Below, in pieces: positions 43,987 through 63,422 of a DNA stretch of 64,000 nucleotides (position 1 is its first letter; every line of letters starts with the position of its first letter). A model generated the notes under the pieces. That model did no database searches. It worked only from the letters and a program-made list of their open reading frames with translations, and had not been told where the DNA came from. Source of the stretch: the human T2T-CHM13v2.0 reference genome, Homo sapiens. The position numbers and the translations under genes are program-made. The stretch lies in NCBI RefSeq assembly GCF_009914755.1, contig NC_060943.1. The stretch is one strand, 5' to 3'.

Positions 43987-44228
43987 ATATGTGTAGCAGG
44001 CATTGCTTTTTCTTTCCAGAGACAAAACTCAGGAGGATTGCCCCTTGATGAACAAAGCTAACCTGCTGATTCTTTGAAGCAAGTAACTGGAGATCCTCCT
44101 TTTAGGGGTTTATATTCTGGATTCCAGAAAACATGCAAACAGGGCCAATAAATGCATCTTTATGTTTCTGTCCATTTTAACTTGATCTAGGAAAATTCCA
44201 ACAAAAAACCCACGGTGCTGGAGCAAGA

Positions 44229-44318
44229 TCTCAGGCTGTGACCTTCTCGAGGAAAGAAGCACTTTCTGTTGTCTGAAAGAAAAGAAAGTGCTTCCTTTCA
44301 GAGGGTTACGGTTTGAGA
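44229..44318 (+). ncRNA. MIR516A1: pre-miR-516a-1
   Basis: 5p TTCTCGAGGAAAGAAGCACTTTC. Confidence 0.95.
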
Positions 44319-45049
44319 AAAGCAACGTTGAAGTTGACGCTGATCTTGGTAATACATTTGCAGAGCGTGCTGATCATCAGACGTGGATAATGGTGGGGTT
44401 TTGTTTTTTATCTAAGACAGGGTGTCTGTTCCCCAGGCTGGAGTGCGGTGGCACTTCCAACTTAGATCTCTTGGGTTCAAGTGGCCCTCTTTTTGGGACA
44501 GAGTCTCACTCTGTGGCCCTGGCTGGAGTGCAGTGGCAGGAACTTGGCTCACTGCAATCTCTGCCTCCTGGGTTCAAGCAATTCTCCTGCCTCAGCCTCC
44601 GGAGCAGCTGGGGTTACAGGCTGTGCCACCATGCCCAGCTAACTTTTGCATTTTTATTATTGATTTATTGATTTATTTTTGAGACAGGGTCTGGCTCTGT
44701 CACCCAGGCTATAGGGCAGTGGTGCGATCTCGGCTCACTGCAACCTCCACCTCCCACCTCAGCCTCCTGAATACCTGTCTCCAGGCATGCACTACCACAC
44801 CTGCCTAACTTTTGTATTTTTTGTATAGATGAGGTTTCACCATGTTGCCCAGGCTGGTCTCGGACCCTTGAGCTCAATTGCTCCTCCCGCCTGGGCCTCC
44901 TAAACTGCTGTGATTAATGGTGTGAGCAAGCGTGCCCTACTCTTGTGTGTTTCTGCTCAAATTTTATGGAGGAGCTTTTACATCCCAGCCTGTGGTCTAT
45001 CCTGGAGAATGTTTGTGTGTGTGACAATGTATATTCTTCAACATTTTAG

Positions 45050-45171
45050 ATTCCATTTGGATGCTCCCATCCGGACTGTGTGCCCCTGTACTGGAACTCA
45101 AGTGAACACTTGGCTCAACATCCATTGCTGTTCTCATGAATTCCAGGCCAATTGTCTTGGTTAAAGACAAG
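45050..45171 (+). other. Repeated exon; donor duplicated by an Alu TSD
   Basis: TTTAG| ... AAG|GTATGT; second AAG|GTATGT after 45476. Confidence 0.75.
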
Positions 45172-45178
45172 GTATGTG

Positions 45179-45588
<410 letters not shown>

Positions 45589-45719
45589 TTAGGGGGTTAT
45601 GTTCTGGATTCCAGAAAACATGCAAATAGGGACAATGAATGCATCTTTATTTTTCTGTCCATTTTAACCTGGTCAAGGAAAATTTCAACAAGAAACCCAG
45701 AGTGCTGGAGCAAGAAGAT

Positions 45720-45806
45720 CTCAAGCTGTGAGTCTACAAAGGAAAGCGCTTTCTGTTGTCTGAAAGAAAAGAAATCGCTTCCCTTTGGAGTGTTACGGTT
45801 TGAGAA
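45720..45806 (+). ncRNA. MIR1283-2: pre-miR-1283-2
   Basis: 5p TCTACAAAGGAAAGCGCTTTCT. Confidence 0.94.
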
Positions 45807-47576
45807 AAGCAGCGTTGAAGTTGATGCTGATCTCGGTAATACATTTGCAGAGCATGCTTATCACACTTGGACGGTGGTGGGGTTCTGTTTTGGTTTTGCT
45901 TTTTTATTCTAAAACAGGGTCTGTGTTGCCCATGCTGGAGTGCGGTGGCACATCCCACCTAGGTCTCTTGGATTTAAATGGTCCTTTTTGGGGGCCAGAG
46001 TCTCTCTCTGTCACCGAGGCTGAAGTGCAGTCATCCCATCTTGGCTCACTACAACCTCCGCCTCCCAGGTTCAAGCAATTCTCCTGCTTCAGCTTCCCAA
46101 GTAGCTGAGATTTACAGGCGCCCATCCCCACACCTGGATAATATTTGGGTTTTTTTTTTATTTATTTTTAAGATGGGGTCTCACCGTCACCCAGGCTGTA
46201 GTTCAGTGGCTTGATCTCGGCTTACTGCAATGTATGCCACCCAGGATCAAGTGATTCTCCTGCCCCAGACTCCTGAGTAGCTGGAATTACACGCACCTGC
46301 CACTACACCCGGCTACTTTTTGAATTTTTTTTTTTTTTTTTAAAGTAAAGATGGGCTTTCACCATGTTGGCCAGGCTGGTCTCAAACCCCTGACCTCAAG
46401 TCAGCTGCTTGCCTCAGCCTCCCAAAGTGCTGAGAATACAAACATGAGCCACTGCGTGGCCATCAACACCTCTTACTTTATGGAAATTTTTCTGGCACTG
46501 GTATAGAACCTCACGTGGGGTCAGGTGGAGTTGAGGGGACCTCAGTTTCCCTTGCAGATGGGATGTGCACTGCTCAGCAAGAGCACAGAGGTGGAGTGCA
46601 TGGGGCTTCAGTGTTTATTGGGGAAATGAAGCTAAAATCTTCGGTGTGTGACCAGGAGATAAATGCATGAGATGGGGATCTCACTATGCTGCCCAGGCTG
46701 AAGTGGGCTTAGATCCTCCTGCCTCTGCCCCTCCCCAGTCCTTGGTACATGGGACTACATGTGAATATTAACCCCCCATGCACAGACAAGAAGAAAGTAA
46801 GGACTGTTCTTTGGTTCATACCTGACCCCAGTTAAACATGTATTTTAGATAAACAATGTATTTGAAATGTACTTGAACAACAAATGATTTGCTGTTTAGG
46901 TGTGGGCATCTTTTTTTTTCTTCCTAACTTTAAATATGGGACTAGTCCAGGTACGGTGGCTCATGCCTGTAATTCCAGCACTTTGGGAGGCGGAGACAGG
47001 AGGATCACCTGAGGTCAGTTGTTCGAGACCAGACTGGCCAACATGGTGAAACCTCGTCTGTACTAAAAATAAAAAAATTAGTGAGACGTGGTCTTGGTGC
47101 ATGCCTGTAATCCCAGCTACTCGGGTGGATGAGGCAGGAGAATTGCTTGAGGCTGGGAGGCTGAGCTTTCAGTGAGCTGAGATCAAGCCTCTGCACTCCA
47201 GCCTGGGCAACAGAGTGAGACTGAGTCTCAAAAAAGTAAAAAATCAGCTGGGTGCGCTGGCAAACACTTGTAATCCCAGCACTTTGGGAGGCCGAGACGG
47301 GAGGATCACCTGAGGTCATGTTCAAGACTAACAGGGCCGAAATAGCAAAACCTCATCTCTATTAAAAATACAAAAATTAGCTGGGTGCAGTGGTGTATAT
47401 CTGTATTTCCAGCTACTTGGAGGCTAAGGCAGGAGAATCGCTTGAACCCAGGAGGAAGAGATTTCAGTGAGCTGAAGCCATGCCATTGCACTCCAGCCTG
47501 GGCCACAGAGCAAGATTCCATCTCAAAAATAAAATAAATAATAAAAATGAAATTAAATAGATAAAAATAAATAGAT

Positions 47577-47676
47577 AAATATGAGACCATCATGAATTTG
47601 GATGTCACTTTTGTGCAGGGGCCAGGGTAATCTCTGTCATTCCAATTTTTTTTATGTGCACTGCCAAAGCAAGCAC
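47577..47676 (-). pseudogene. Degenerate U6 snRNA copy
   Basis: Same antisense U6 pattern. Confidence 0.84.
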
Positions 47677-48250
47677 TCATGTGTAGGAATTATTCTTCCT
47701 GTGAGCATATAATATATGGAACTTTGAGACAGAGTCTCAAACATATATAATGTATATTTTATCATATATTCTTTATATATAAAATATCATATAGACACAA
47801 AATACTGTTCTAAATACAGAGAATACTCTGATATCAACTTGGGTATTTTTTGTTTCTGTGTGTGTGTATTTTGTTTGGTTGGTTATTTTTGAGACAAGGT
47901 CTAGCTCTATCACACAGGCTGGAGTGTAGTGGTGCGTTCTCGGCTCACTGCAACCTCCGCCTCCCACCTAAGCCTGCTGCATTAGTGTCTACAGGCATGC
48001 ACCACCACACCCGGCTCACTTTTGTATTTTTTGTACACATGGGGTTACACCATGTTGCCGGGGCTGGTCTCGAACTCCTGAGCTCAGGTGATTCTCCTGT
48101 CTTGGCCTCCTAAAGTGCTGGGATTAGAGGTGTGAGCCACCATGCCCCATCGGTACTTGTGATTTAGGTTCAAATTTTGATGAGTTTTTATGACCAAGCC
48201 TGTGGTCTATCCTAGAGAATGTTTGTGTGTTTGACAATTCAACATCGTAG

Positions 48251-48373
48251 AGTTGATTTTGGGTGCTCCCATTGGGACTGTGTGTCCCTGTACTGGAACT
48301 TGAGTGAACACTTGGCTCATAATCCATTGCTCTTCTCTAGAAATCCAGCCCAATTCTCTTGGTTAAATATAAG
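48251..48373 (+). other. Repeated 123-nt exon
   Basis: CGTAG| (pyrimidine tract shortened) ... AAG|GTATGT. Confidence 0.7.
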
Positions 48374-48620
48374 GTATGTGTAGCAGGCATTGCTTTTTCC
48401 TTCCAGAGACAAAACTCAGGAGGATTGCCCCTTGATGAACAAGGCTAACCTGCTGATTCTTTGAAGCAAAGAACTGGAGATGGTCCTTTTAGAGGTTTAT
48501 ATTCTGGATTCCAGAAAACATGCAAACAGGGCCAATAAATGCATCTTTATGTTTTCGTCCATTTTAACTTGATCTAGGAAAATTCCAAAAAAAAAAACCC
48601 ACGGTGCTGGAGCAAGAAGA

Positions 48621-48710
48621 TCTCAGGTTGTGACCTTCTCGAGGAAAGAAGCACTTTCTGTTGTCTGAAAGAAAAGAAAGTGCTTCCTTTCAGAGGGTTA
48701 CGGTTTGAGA
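48621..48710 (+). ncRNA. MIR516A2: pre-miR-516a-2
   Basis: 5p TTCTCGAGGAAAGAAGCACTTTC; 5' TCTCAGGTTG. Confidence 0.95.
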
Positions 48711-49462
48711 AAAGCAACGTCGAAGTTGACGCTGATCTTGGTAATACATTTGCAGAGCGTGCTGATCATCAGACATGGATAATGGTGGGGTTTTGTTTTT
48801 GTTTTATTTTTTTATCTAAGACAAGGTATCTGTTGCCCAGGCTGGAGTGCGGTGGCACTTCTAACCTAGATCTCTTGGGTTCAAGTGGCCCTCTTTTCGG
48901 GATAGAGTCTTCTTTGCTCTGTGGCCCTGGCTGGAGTGCAGTGGCAGGAACTCGGCTCACCGCAACCTCTGCCTCCTGGGTTCAAGCAATTCTCCTGCCT
49001 CAGCCTGTCGAGCAGCTGGGGTTACAGGCATGTGCCACCATGACTGGCTAATTTTTGCATTTTTATTGTCGATCGATTGATTGATTTTTGAGACAGAGTC
49101 TGGCTCTGTCACCCAGGCTGTCGGGCAGTGGTGCGATCTTGGCTCACTGCAACCTCCACCTCCCACCTCAGCCTCCTGAATACCTGTCTACAGGCATGCA
49201 CAACCACACCTTGCTAACTTTTGTATTTTTTGTACAGATGAGGTTTCACCATGTTGCCCAGGCTGGTCTCGGACCCCTGAGCTCAAGTACTCCTCAAATC
49301 TGGGCCTCCTAAACTGCTGTGATTAATGGTGTGAGCCACCGTGCCCTACTCTTACTTGTGTGTTTCTGCTCAAATTTTATTAAGGAGCTTTTATGGCCTC
49401 GCCTGTGGTCTGTCCTGGAGGATGTTTGTGTGTGTGACAATGTATATTCTTCAACATCTTCG

Positions 49463-49586
49463 ATTCCATTTTGGGTGCCTCCATGGGGACTGTGTGTCCC
49501 TGTACTGGAACCCAAGTGAAGACTTGGCTCAGAGTCCATTTGCTGTTCTCTAGAAATCCAGCCTAATCCTCTTGTGCAAATATAAT
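49463..49586 (+). other. Dead exon copy (both splice sites lost)
   Basis: CTTCG| instead of CTTAG|; AAT|ATATAT instead of AAG|GTATGT. Confidence 0.68.
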
Positions 49587-49831
49587 ATATATCTAGTAGG
49601 CATTGCTTTTTCTTTCTGGAGACAAAACACAGGAGGATTGCCCCTTGATGAACAGGACTAACCTGCTGATTCTTTGAAGCAAGGAACTGGAAATGGTCCT
49701 TTTAGGGATTTATGCTCTGGATTCCAGAAAACACGCAAACAGGGCCAATAAATGCATCTTTATTTTTGTGTCCATTTTGACCTGGTCAAGGAAGATTCCA
49801 ACAAAAAATCCACAGTGCCGGAGCAAGAAGA

Positions 49832-49918
49832 TCTCAGGCTGTGTCCCTCTACAGGGAAGCGCTTTCTGTTGTCTGAAAGAAAGGAAAGTGCATCCTTTTA
49901 GAGTGTTACTGTTTGAGA
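49832..49918 (+). ncRNA. MIR519A2: pre-miR-519a-2 (last C19MC hairpin)
   Basis: 3p AAAGTGCATCCTTTTAGAGTGT; 5' arm CCTCTACAGGGAAGCGCTTTC. Confidence 0.95.
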
Positions 49919-50075
49919 AAAGCAACGTTGAAGTTGATGCTGATTTTGGTAATACATTTGCAGAGCATGCTTATCATCAGACTTGGATGATGTTGGGTTC
50001 TGTTTTTGCTTTGTTTTTTTTCCAAGACAGTGTGTTTGTTGCCCAGGCTGGAGTGTGGTGGTACTTCCCACCTAG

Positions 50076-50773
<698 letters not shown>

Positions 50774-50897
50774 GATAGTTTTTAATTTTTGATAGAAAGG
50801 GAATCTCTCTTGCCTAAGATGGTCTCAACTCCTGAGCTCAAGGGATCCTAAAGGTGTGAGCCGCCTTGTCCTGATGACCCATTTCAAACGTAGCTGA

Positions 50898-51266
<369 letters not shown>

Positions 51267-51354
51267 TGATCTTGAACTCCCAACCTTAGGTGATCCACCC
51301 ACCTCGGCCTCCCAAAGTGCTGGGATTACAGGCATGAGCCATTGTGCCCGGCCC

Positions 51355-51392
51355 ATTTCATTTATTTTTATGTGTGCTGCTGAAGCAAGCAC
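51355..51392 (-). pseudogene. U6 5'-end fragment
   Basis: TATGTGTGCTGCTGAAGCAAGCAC followed by the usual module flank TTATGTGTAGGAATT. Confidence 0.65.
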
Positions 51393-52607
51393 TTATGTGT
51401 AGGAATTGTTCTTCCTGTGAGCATATGTTGGCCAGCCTGGACCACATACCAAGATCCCATCTCTTTAAAAACACAGATTACGTGGCACCTGGCACCTGGT
51501 CCCAGAGACTTCATTTGGGTTGGTCATTTGAAACACTAGCCTCCCATCAATTTAGTGTAATCAATCCAAATCATGTGTCCTTCATTAAGAGACTAAGAAC
51601 GCCTCCACGTCTATCCAGTCTATTTTGTAATCCCCAACGGTTGTCAATATTAATAAAATTTCTTTTCTTTTTCCTATTCATTTGTGTCTTTAGTTTTTCT
51701 TCCCCAAAAACTTGCCATCATTTCTCGGAATAGACCTGCTTTCTCTGCAGGAAGGGTGTGGTTGATTCAACCCTTACCCACTAATGCCAACCCCAGTGAG
51801 TTCTTTTATCCTATTTTCTATGGGTAACGATTCCAAGGTACCATTCCACCGGGCAAAAGCTCACATCTAAGTGTCAGTTGCTCGGTAAGATGTGAAATGT
51901 TTGCTGTGGCTAATATAAGAAACAAACTATTGTAGACAAGATGAATCTCAGTGGCAGTGATAAATGTCGCACAAGACAAAACCACAGATCCTTTTTTTTT
52001 TTTTTTTTTTTTAGACAAAGTTTCACTCTTGTTGCCCAGGCTGGAGTGCAATGGTGCGATCTTGGCTCACTGCAACCTCCGCCTCCTGGAGGCGATTCAA
52101 GCGATTCTCCTGCCTCAGCCTCCCAAGTAGCTGGGATTACAGGCATGCACCACCACGCCCAGGTAATTTTGTATTTTTAGTAGAGACGGGGTTTCGCCAT
52201 GTTGGTCAGGCTGGAACTCCTGACCTCAGATGATCCTCCCACCTCAGCCTCCCAAAGTGCTGGGATTACAGGCGTGAGCCACTGTGCCCGGCCAACCACA
52301 GATACTTTCACGAAAGCCTTTAGGGCCCTAGAAGGGGCTCCCTAGTAACAGGTGGGATGCGCGGCAGCTCTCGTTGTTGCCGTAGTGAGCGATGCCTGTT
52401 CGTCCAGCCCTCAACACCTTTTACTCCGTGGAAGTTATGCCTGCACTGGTTTACAGAACCTCCCTTGACTTGGGTTGAGGTAGAGCTGAAGGGAACCTCA
52501 GTGTCCCTTGCAGGTGGGATGTGCACTGCTTAGCAAGAGCACGGAGGTGGAGTGCATGGGCTTTGAGTTTTTATTGGGAAAATGAAGCTGAAATGTAGGG
52601 TGCATGA

Positions 52608-52883
<276 letters not shown>

Positions 52884-53082
52884 TGATCCGCCCGCCTCGG
52901 CCTCTCAAAGTCCTGAGATTACAGGCGTGAGCCACCATGACCAGCCTAATTTTTCTATTTTAGAGACAGTGGTCTAGCTATGCCACCCAGGCTAAACTAG
53001 GCTTTAGAGATCTTCCTGCCTCTGCCCCTCCACGGTCTCTGGTAGTTTGGACTACAAATGAACATTAGCATATTTGCAACCA

Positions 53083-53262
53083 CCACCACTCTAGTTTGGA
53101 AGATTTTTATCACCCCAAAGAAGCTTATACCCATTTGCCTTCAGTACCCACCCCCCTCTTCCACTCAGACCCTGGCAACTACTCTACATCTCTCTAGCTC
53201 TGGATTTGCCTCTTGTGGGCATTTCACAAAAACCAGTCTTGAATGGGTGGCCTGTTGTGACC
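53083..53262 (-). mobile_element. Ancient L1M 3'UTR fragment (paralog of 25096-25322)
   Basis: GCAACCACCACCACTCTAG...ATCACCCCAAAG...CCCTGGCAACTACT...GGATTTGCCT. Confidence 0.65.
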
Positions 53263-54010
53263 ACTTTTAATATAATGGGTTGGTTCTGGTTGTCTGAAGT
53301 GTGAATCTTGCCAATGAAGGATGGTCCCTGGATGGAAGCAGGAGGCTGGGAGAACTGGGCGGAACATCCTTTCGGAATGGAGTGGGGTGGGCACACCCTG
53401 ATGTCTGGGAAGCTCACAAGGGTGGAAGAACCCATCTTCCTCTCTGATAACTGCAAGGTGACCCTCCTGGGGCACTGGATGGAGTGAAGGCATCTGGACT
53501 GGGAACACCAGGGCATTGCACTGGTGCAGGCAGGATGAGCCGAGGGGAAAGGAGTGCCAGGCATCATTCTCTGGTGACAGTTTGGGTTTGATCTGGATGG
53601 AGCAGGTGTCTTCTGGTAGAGAGAGTCCCTGGGATTTTTGCTCTGCTCCTGGCTGTCTTTCAGTCATGGAATCTGATGACAAAGGCTCCCACTCTGGGCC
53701 ACTTCATTTGGTTTCTGGAGCCCAGTGGTCCTTTCTGCCCGGACTCAGGATCTTTTGGGGAAATTTGGGACCTCGCAGGACATCTGCACAATCCATAGAA
53801 ATCCCTGAGAGCCCCTTCCCTTTGCTGACATCTCCGTATTCCTACCTATTGCCTTCCAAAAAAAGACCCTTATCTGAATTGCCAAAGGGGGCTTCCCAGA
53901 GCAGGGAAACCCGGTTAAATTTGTATTTCAGATTAACAGCATATCTAGAATCTACTCGAACAAGAAGTGATTTGTTGTTTAAGTGTGAGAAATTTTTTTC
54001 CCCTAATTTT

Positions 54011-54107
54011 AAATACGGAACCCATCATGAATTTGGCTGTCACCTTTGCGCAGGGGCCGTGGGAACCTATCATTTCATTGTTTAATGTGTGCTGCCAAAG
54101 CAAGCAC
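54011..54107 (-). pseudogene. Degenerate U6 copy without the Alu insertion
   Basis: AAATACGGAAC...CTTTGCGCAGGGGCC...TGTGCTGCCAAAGCAAGCAC. Confidence 0.85.
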
Positions 54108-54161
54108 TTAAGTGTGGGAATTATTCTTCACGTGAGGATACAATAGATGGAACGTTATTAC

Positions 54162-56180
<2,019 letters not shown>

Positions 56181-56547
56181 AAACTTTCTTATTTTGAGAC
56201 AGGATCTGGCTCTGTCACCCAGGCTGGAGTGCTTGGCTCACTGCAACGTCTGCCTCAAGTGATCCTTCCACCTCAACCTCCCAAGTAGCTGAGATTACAG
56301 GCGCGCGTGCCACTATGCCTGGCTAATTTTTGTACTCTTTGTAGAGATGGGGGTCTCGCTATGTTGCCCACGCTGGTCTTGAACTCCTGGGCTCAAATGA
56401 TCCTCCTGGCCTGGCTTCCCAAAGTGCTGGTTGTAACGCCAGCAGTTTGGGAGGCCACAGTCGGCGGGATGGATTAGCTAGCAACAAACATTCCAGGCAG
56501 AGAATGGTGCTCTCTCAACTCTCAGTCAGCAAGGGGCTAGTATATAT

Positions 56548-56862
56548 TGAAGGGGCTCAGGGCATGTCACCCCAAAGTCATCGCGTCAGCATATGGATTA
56601 TTTCGACCTGGAAGCCTGTGGGAAAAAGCAGATGCATCTGACCTCCCCCTTCCTACGTAAAAGTAGATTGTAAAATTTATCAAGAGGAAAACGCCCTTCC
56701 TGCGCCAGGAAGAGAAGAATGTTCCTATCAGCAGGGGCCAGGAGTCCATATGCTAAACAACTCAGCTACTAACCCTTATCTTCCTTAAGTTCCCCACTGT
56801 TTCCTGGTCACTTCCCCTAGCCCAAGCCTCTTTGTCTTGTCACATCCCCACAACTTATCATT
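56548..56862 (+). mobile_element. Old ERV1 LTR fragment (MER34/MER39-like)
   Basis: TGAAGGGGCTCAGGGCATGTCACCCCAAA...GCATATGGATTATTTCGACCTGGAAG resembles recalled MER34-group 5' end. Confidence 0.45.
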
Positions 56863-56890
56863 CCTTTTTTTTTTTTGAGGTGGAGTTTAG

Positions 56891-57079
<189 letters not shown>

Positions 57080-57090
57080 TGAACTCCTGA

Positions 57091-57480
<390 letters not shown>

Positions 57481-57612
57481 TAGCCATCATGCCCTGCCCC
57501 AGAGAAGTCTTTAGGCTTCAGCCAGGCACGGTGGCTCAGGCCGGTAAACCCAGCACTTTGGGAGGCTGAGGTGGGAGGATCGCTTGTGCCCAGGAGTTGA
57601 AGGCTGCAATCA

Positions 57613-58412
<800 letters not shown>

Positions 58413-58431
58413 TCACGGGGTCAGGAGATCA

Positions 58432-58632
<201 letters not shown>

Positions 58633-58948
58633 TCAAAAAACAAAAAACAGAAAAACAAAAAGAATCAAGTAAGTCGAAGCCACACTGATAACAGCCAATT
58701 TTTGTGAACCAAGGGAGTGTCAATTCAAGAATTTACATAGATGTCTACTTTTGCTATCTCCTATGTGCCAAGCAAGATACAGGCTCTGGGCAATCAGAAA
58801 CAAAAGAGACTCACTCGTTCCTCTCACAGTACTCAGTCCTTACTGAGATAAGGACAAAAGAAAATGTCCTGTCTGGAATGCAGGGAAACCAGAACTTCAG
58901 GTCAGGGGACATTTCCATTGAATTGTGTGGAGTTGAAGCTGAAAATAC

Positions 58949-60754
58949 TTTTTTTTTTTTTTTTTTTTTTACATCACGGCATGGTTTATTACGTGATTTT
59001 TTTACTATACAAACAAAAAATACAGAAATGCAATATGTGAATACAGCTAAATGCAGAATGGTGACTTTTTTCTCTTCAAGAGGCCATGATTCCCATTTCT
59101 AGTAAAATAAAGAGACCGCATACAGGTTGGTTGTGAGATTCACAATTTTGCCTAGAAATGATCTATAAATGCATTTTTCCCCCCTGCTACCTACCGTAAA
59201 TCGTAAAAAGGGAGTTAAAGCAAAGTTTCCTTGTTGGTTCCTACCATATGGAAGATGCTATATTCTATTTTAGCAGGGTCAATATTTGGAAAATATCTAA
59301 ATTAAATATTATTACAAAAATGAAGCTGTAATGAGATTCTGGCTAAAGAGGGCACTAAATGAGAATAATATATATTTAAAGAATCCAAAACAAACAAACA
59401 AAAAGAGGTTATTATAAAAAGCTCTAGGTGCACTGTAAGCATATAGGGTTTTTTTTTCATGTGTTTTTTTTTAAACAATGGAAGTGTCAAAAATAGGGTC
59501 AACTGTGTTAGACTAAATTACATTATTGTATATGCTGCATTGAATGGAACCTTTGTATTATAATTATCATAGAGAAGCACAGTTTGCATCATATTATGGC
59601 AATTCATCGTCAATGAAAACCTTCCAGAGTCCTTTTATTTTGGAATCTCCTGTAAACTATCAAACCACCAGAACATGACTGTACAACAGTAAAATGTTCT
59701 CTTGCATTAAACTGAAGAGACCTGTTTAATAAAAAAAGAAAAAGAAAATGTAGGAAAGGTACTTAGAGCTGTTACTTTCTAAGTACACAACACCCTAGAC
59801 AATTCGAGGCATCTTAATCTCCATCAAGAACAACAACAACAAAAATAATTTTTGTCATGTTGTTAAATCCATCATTATGGATCAAACTGGTGCAACTTGG
59901 TCAAATGAATCCAACAAACACTGATGTCCAAGCTGGCATATTGGCAACTAATACACAACTGGTGGTCAATAGAGAGTTTAAAAGATCTTCCCTTTCTTGT
60001 TGTTCTTTTCCAAGGTTCTCAAAGAGTTCTGTTGCTCTAAAATACGTTGTTGAGCTTCCCAGTTTGCTTTCTCATCCTCAAACTGACGACGTTTCTCCTC
60101 TAATTCTTTGTGCCGTGCTCCCAAATTCTTTTTCAGTTGCACATGGCACTGCTGGAGCTAAATCACAGCACAATATATACCCCAAGGATACTGCCTTCCT
60201 CTGACCCTTTTTCCATTAACTTCAGTGATAATATCACTACCCACCACAGCAAGAGGTAAACGGTCCTTTATCTTTTTAACACGTTTCTTTTCTTCTTCAT
60301 CATCTGTTTCTGGAAATTCATATATTTTAATTTTATGTTCTTGGATTTCTTTCATTATCTGTTTTGTAAACTGTTGACATTCCTCTGGTGTGAGTGTGTC
60401 TGCTTTGGCAGTAAGTGGGATGATATTCACTTTTTCATGCAAATGTTTCATAAACTCAACATCCAGTGGTTTAAGTCTCAACAAAAGGCAATGTCAAGTA
60501 GTTACAAACATGCACTACCCAATCCTGCCTGAAGGTGGGAGTCTTCAGTTATGTAATGGTCCTGTTATCAGGCATCTGACGTCTGCTCACTCGCGATTCT
60601 GCATTTAGGTAGTCCTCAAATTTACTATCAATGTAATCGATAACAGGCTGCCAGCAATTACTACTATCCACTGCATCTCCAAATCCTGAGGTATCAACTA
60701 TCCTGAGCAGCAACTAAACACCACCTTCTTTGATTAAAACTTTGGATTGTTCCA
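58949..60754 (-). pseudogene. SEPTIN7P8: SEPTIN7 processed pseudogene (probably SEPTIN7P8, recalled)
   Basis: [36 protein letters not shown]...RGRQYPWG, C-terminal KGKIF* (stop 59978-59980), 3'UTR and poly-A (T run 58949-58970); in-frame stop and missing segments. Confidence 0.88.
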
Positions 60755-60881
60755 TCCAGGCTTCTATTTTCCCATAGAGGTCCAAAAAACGCCCTTGTTT
60801 GTTAAGTTGATATATGTAAACCTTTTCTCCAGGCTGTTCCTTGAGGTTTACATAATTGGGAACTCCTTCAAGCATCTGTAA

Positions 60882-61349
<468 letters not shown>

Positions 61350-61886
61350 TAACCTCAGGTGATCCTCCTACCTCGGCCTCCCAAAGTGCTGGGATTACAG
61401 GCGACAGCCAATGTGTGCACGGCCCAGGTATTAAGGAATTCAATCTCTATTTCTCACCAATGAATTAGGCTCTGGAAGTTAGTAGATTTTAACAAATACT
61501 TGTTAAGCTAAGTTCTTCTCAAAGGTCTTTAGGAATATTCAGTAAAAGAGGACTCTGTTAACTGAAAACCAGTTCTGTTCCAGTAAATCCTCAACAGATG
61601 GAGAAAATGAGACTATGCCCCACCCTTTCCCCTTAGGGCCTCCACATTGATTAGAGGAGGAATTCTCCTTTTAATGACTGACTGAGCTATCACTCCTCTC
61701 TGTCAGTAAAAACAGCAGCAAAAAAAATGTCTTGGCTGGGCGCAGTGGCACATGCCTGTAATTCCAGCTCTTTGGGAGGCCGAGGTGGGCAGATCACCTG
61801 AGGTCAGGAGTTTGAGACCAGCCTGGCCAAAACCCCGTCTCTACTAAAGATACAAAAATTAGCCGGGCATGGTGGCAAGTGCCTAT

Positions 61887-62615
<729 letters not shown>

Positions 62616-62943
62616 CTAGCACTTTGGGAGGCCCAGGCCGGCAGATCGCTTGAGGTCAGGAGTTCGAAACCACTGTGGCCAACATGGTGAAACCCTGTCT
62701 CTACTAAAAATACGAAAAAGTTAGCTAGGCGTGGTGGCAGACGCCTGTAATCCCAGGTCCTCGGGAGGCTGAGGCAGGAGAATCGCTTGGACCCGGCAGG
62801 TGGAGGATGCAGTGAGCAGAGATCGCACTACTTACTGCCCTCCAGCCTGGGCGACAGAGTGAGACTCTAACAACAACAAAAAAAAAAAGAAAAAGAAAAA
62901 GTAAAAGAAAATTCTGACATCAAGCTCATTGAAATGTATTCTT

Positions 62944-63422
62944 CCCTTTCCTCAGCTGCTGCCAAGGTGCTCGGTCCTTCCGAGGAAGCCAAGGCCGCGT
63001 TGCAGTGAGGCCCTCACTTCATCCCGCGACTAGCACCACGTCCGGCAGTGCCAGCCCCACACTCGCCCGCGCCATGGCCTCTGTCTCCGAGCTCGCCTGC
63101 ATCTACTAGGCGCTCATTCTGCACGACGATGAGGTGACCGTCACGGAGGATAAGATCAATGCTCTCATTAAAGCAGCTGGTGTAAATATTGAACCTTTTT
63201 GACCTGGCTTGTTTGCAAAGGCCTGGTCAATGTCAACATCGGGAGCCTCATCTGCAGTGTAGAGGCTGGTGGAGCTGCTCCAGCTGAGGAGAAGAAAGTG
63301 GAAGCAAAGAAAGAAGAATCCGAGGACGGTGATGATGACATGCGCTTTGGTCTTTTTCACTGAACCTCTTTTTATAAAGTGTTCAATAAAAAGCTGAACT
63401 TCAATTTAAAAAAAAAAGAAAT
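62944..63422 (+). pseudogene. RPLP1 processed pseudogene
   Basis: 5'TOP CCCTTTCC, ATG 63074 MASVSELACIY* (premature TAG 63107), EEKKVEAKKEES tail, AATAAA 63385, poly-A, 12-bp TSD AAATGTATTCTT. Confidence 0.94.

Noticed and set aside
53516-54085. 189-aa ORF in the non-Alu segment
   Set aside because: The paralog at 25579-25854 stops after 91 aa, the start is non-ATG, and it runs into a U6 relic
60158-60484. 108-aa septin ORF as a functional CDS
   Set aside because: Internal fragment of a retrocopy with a non-ATG start, an upstream stop and missing segments
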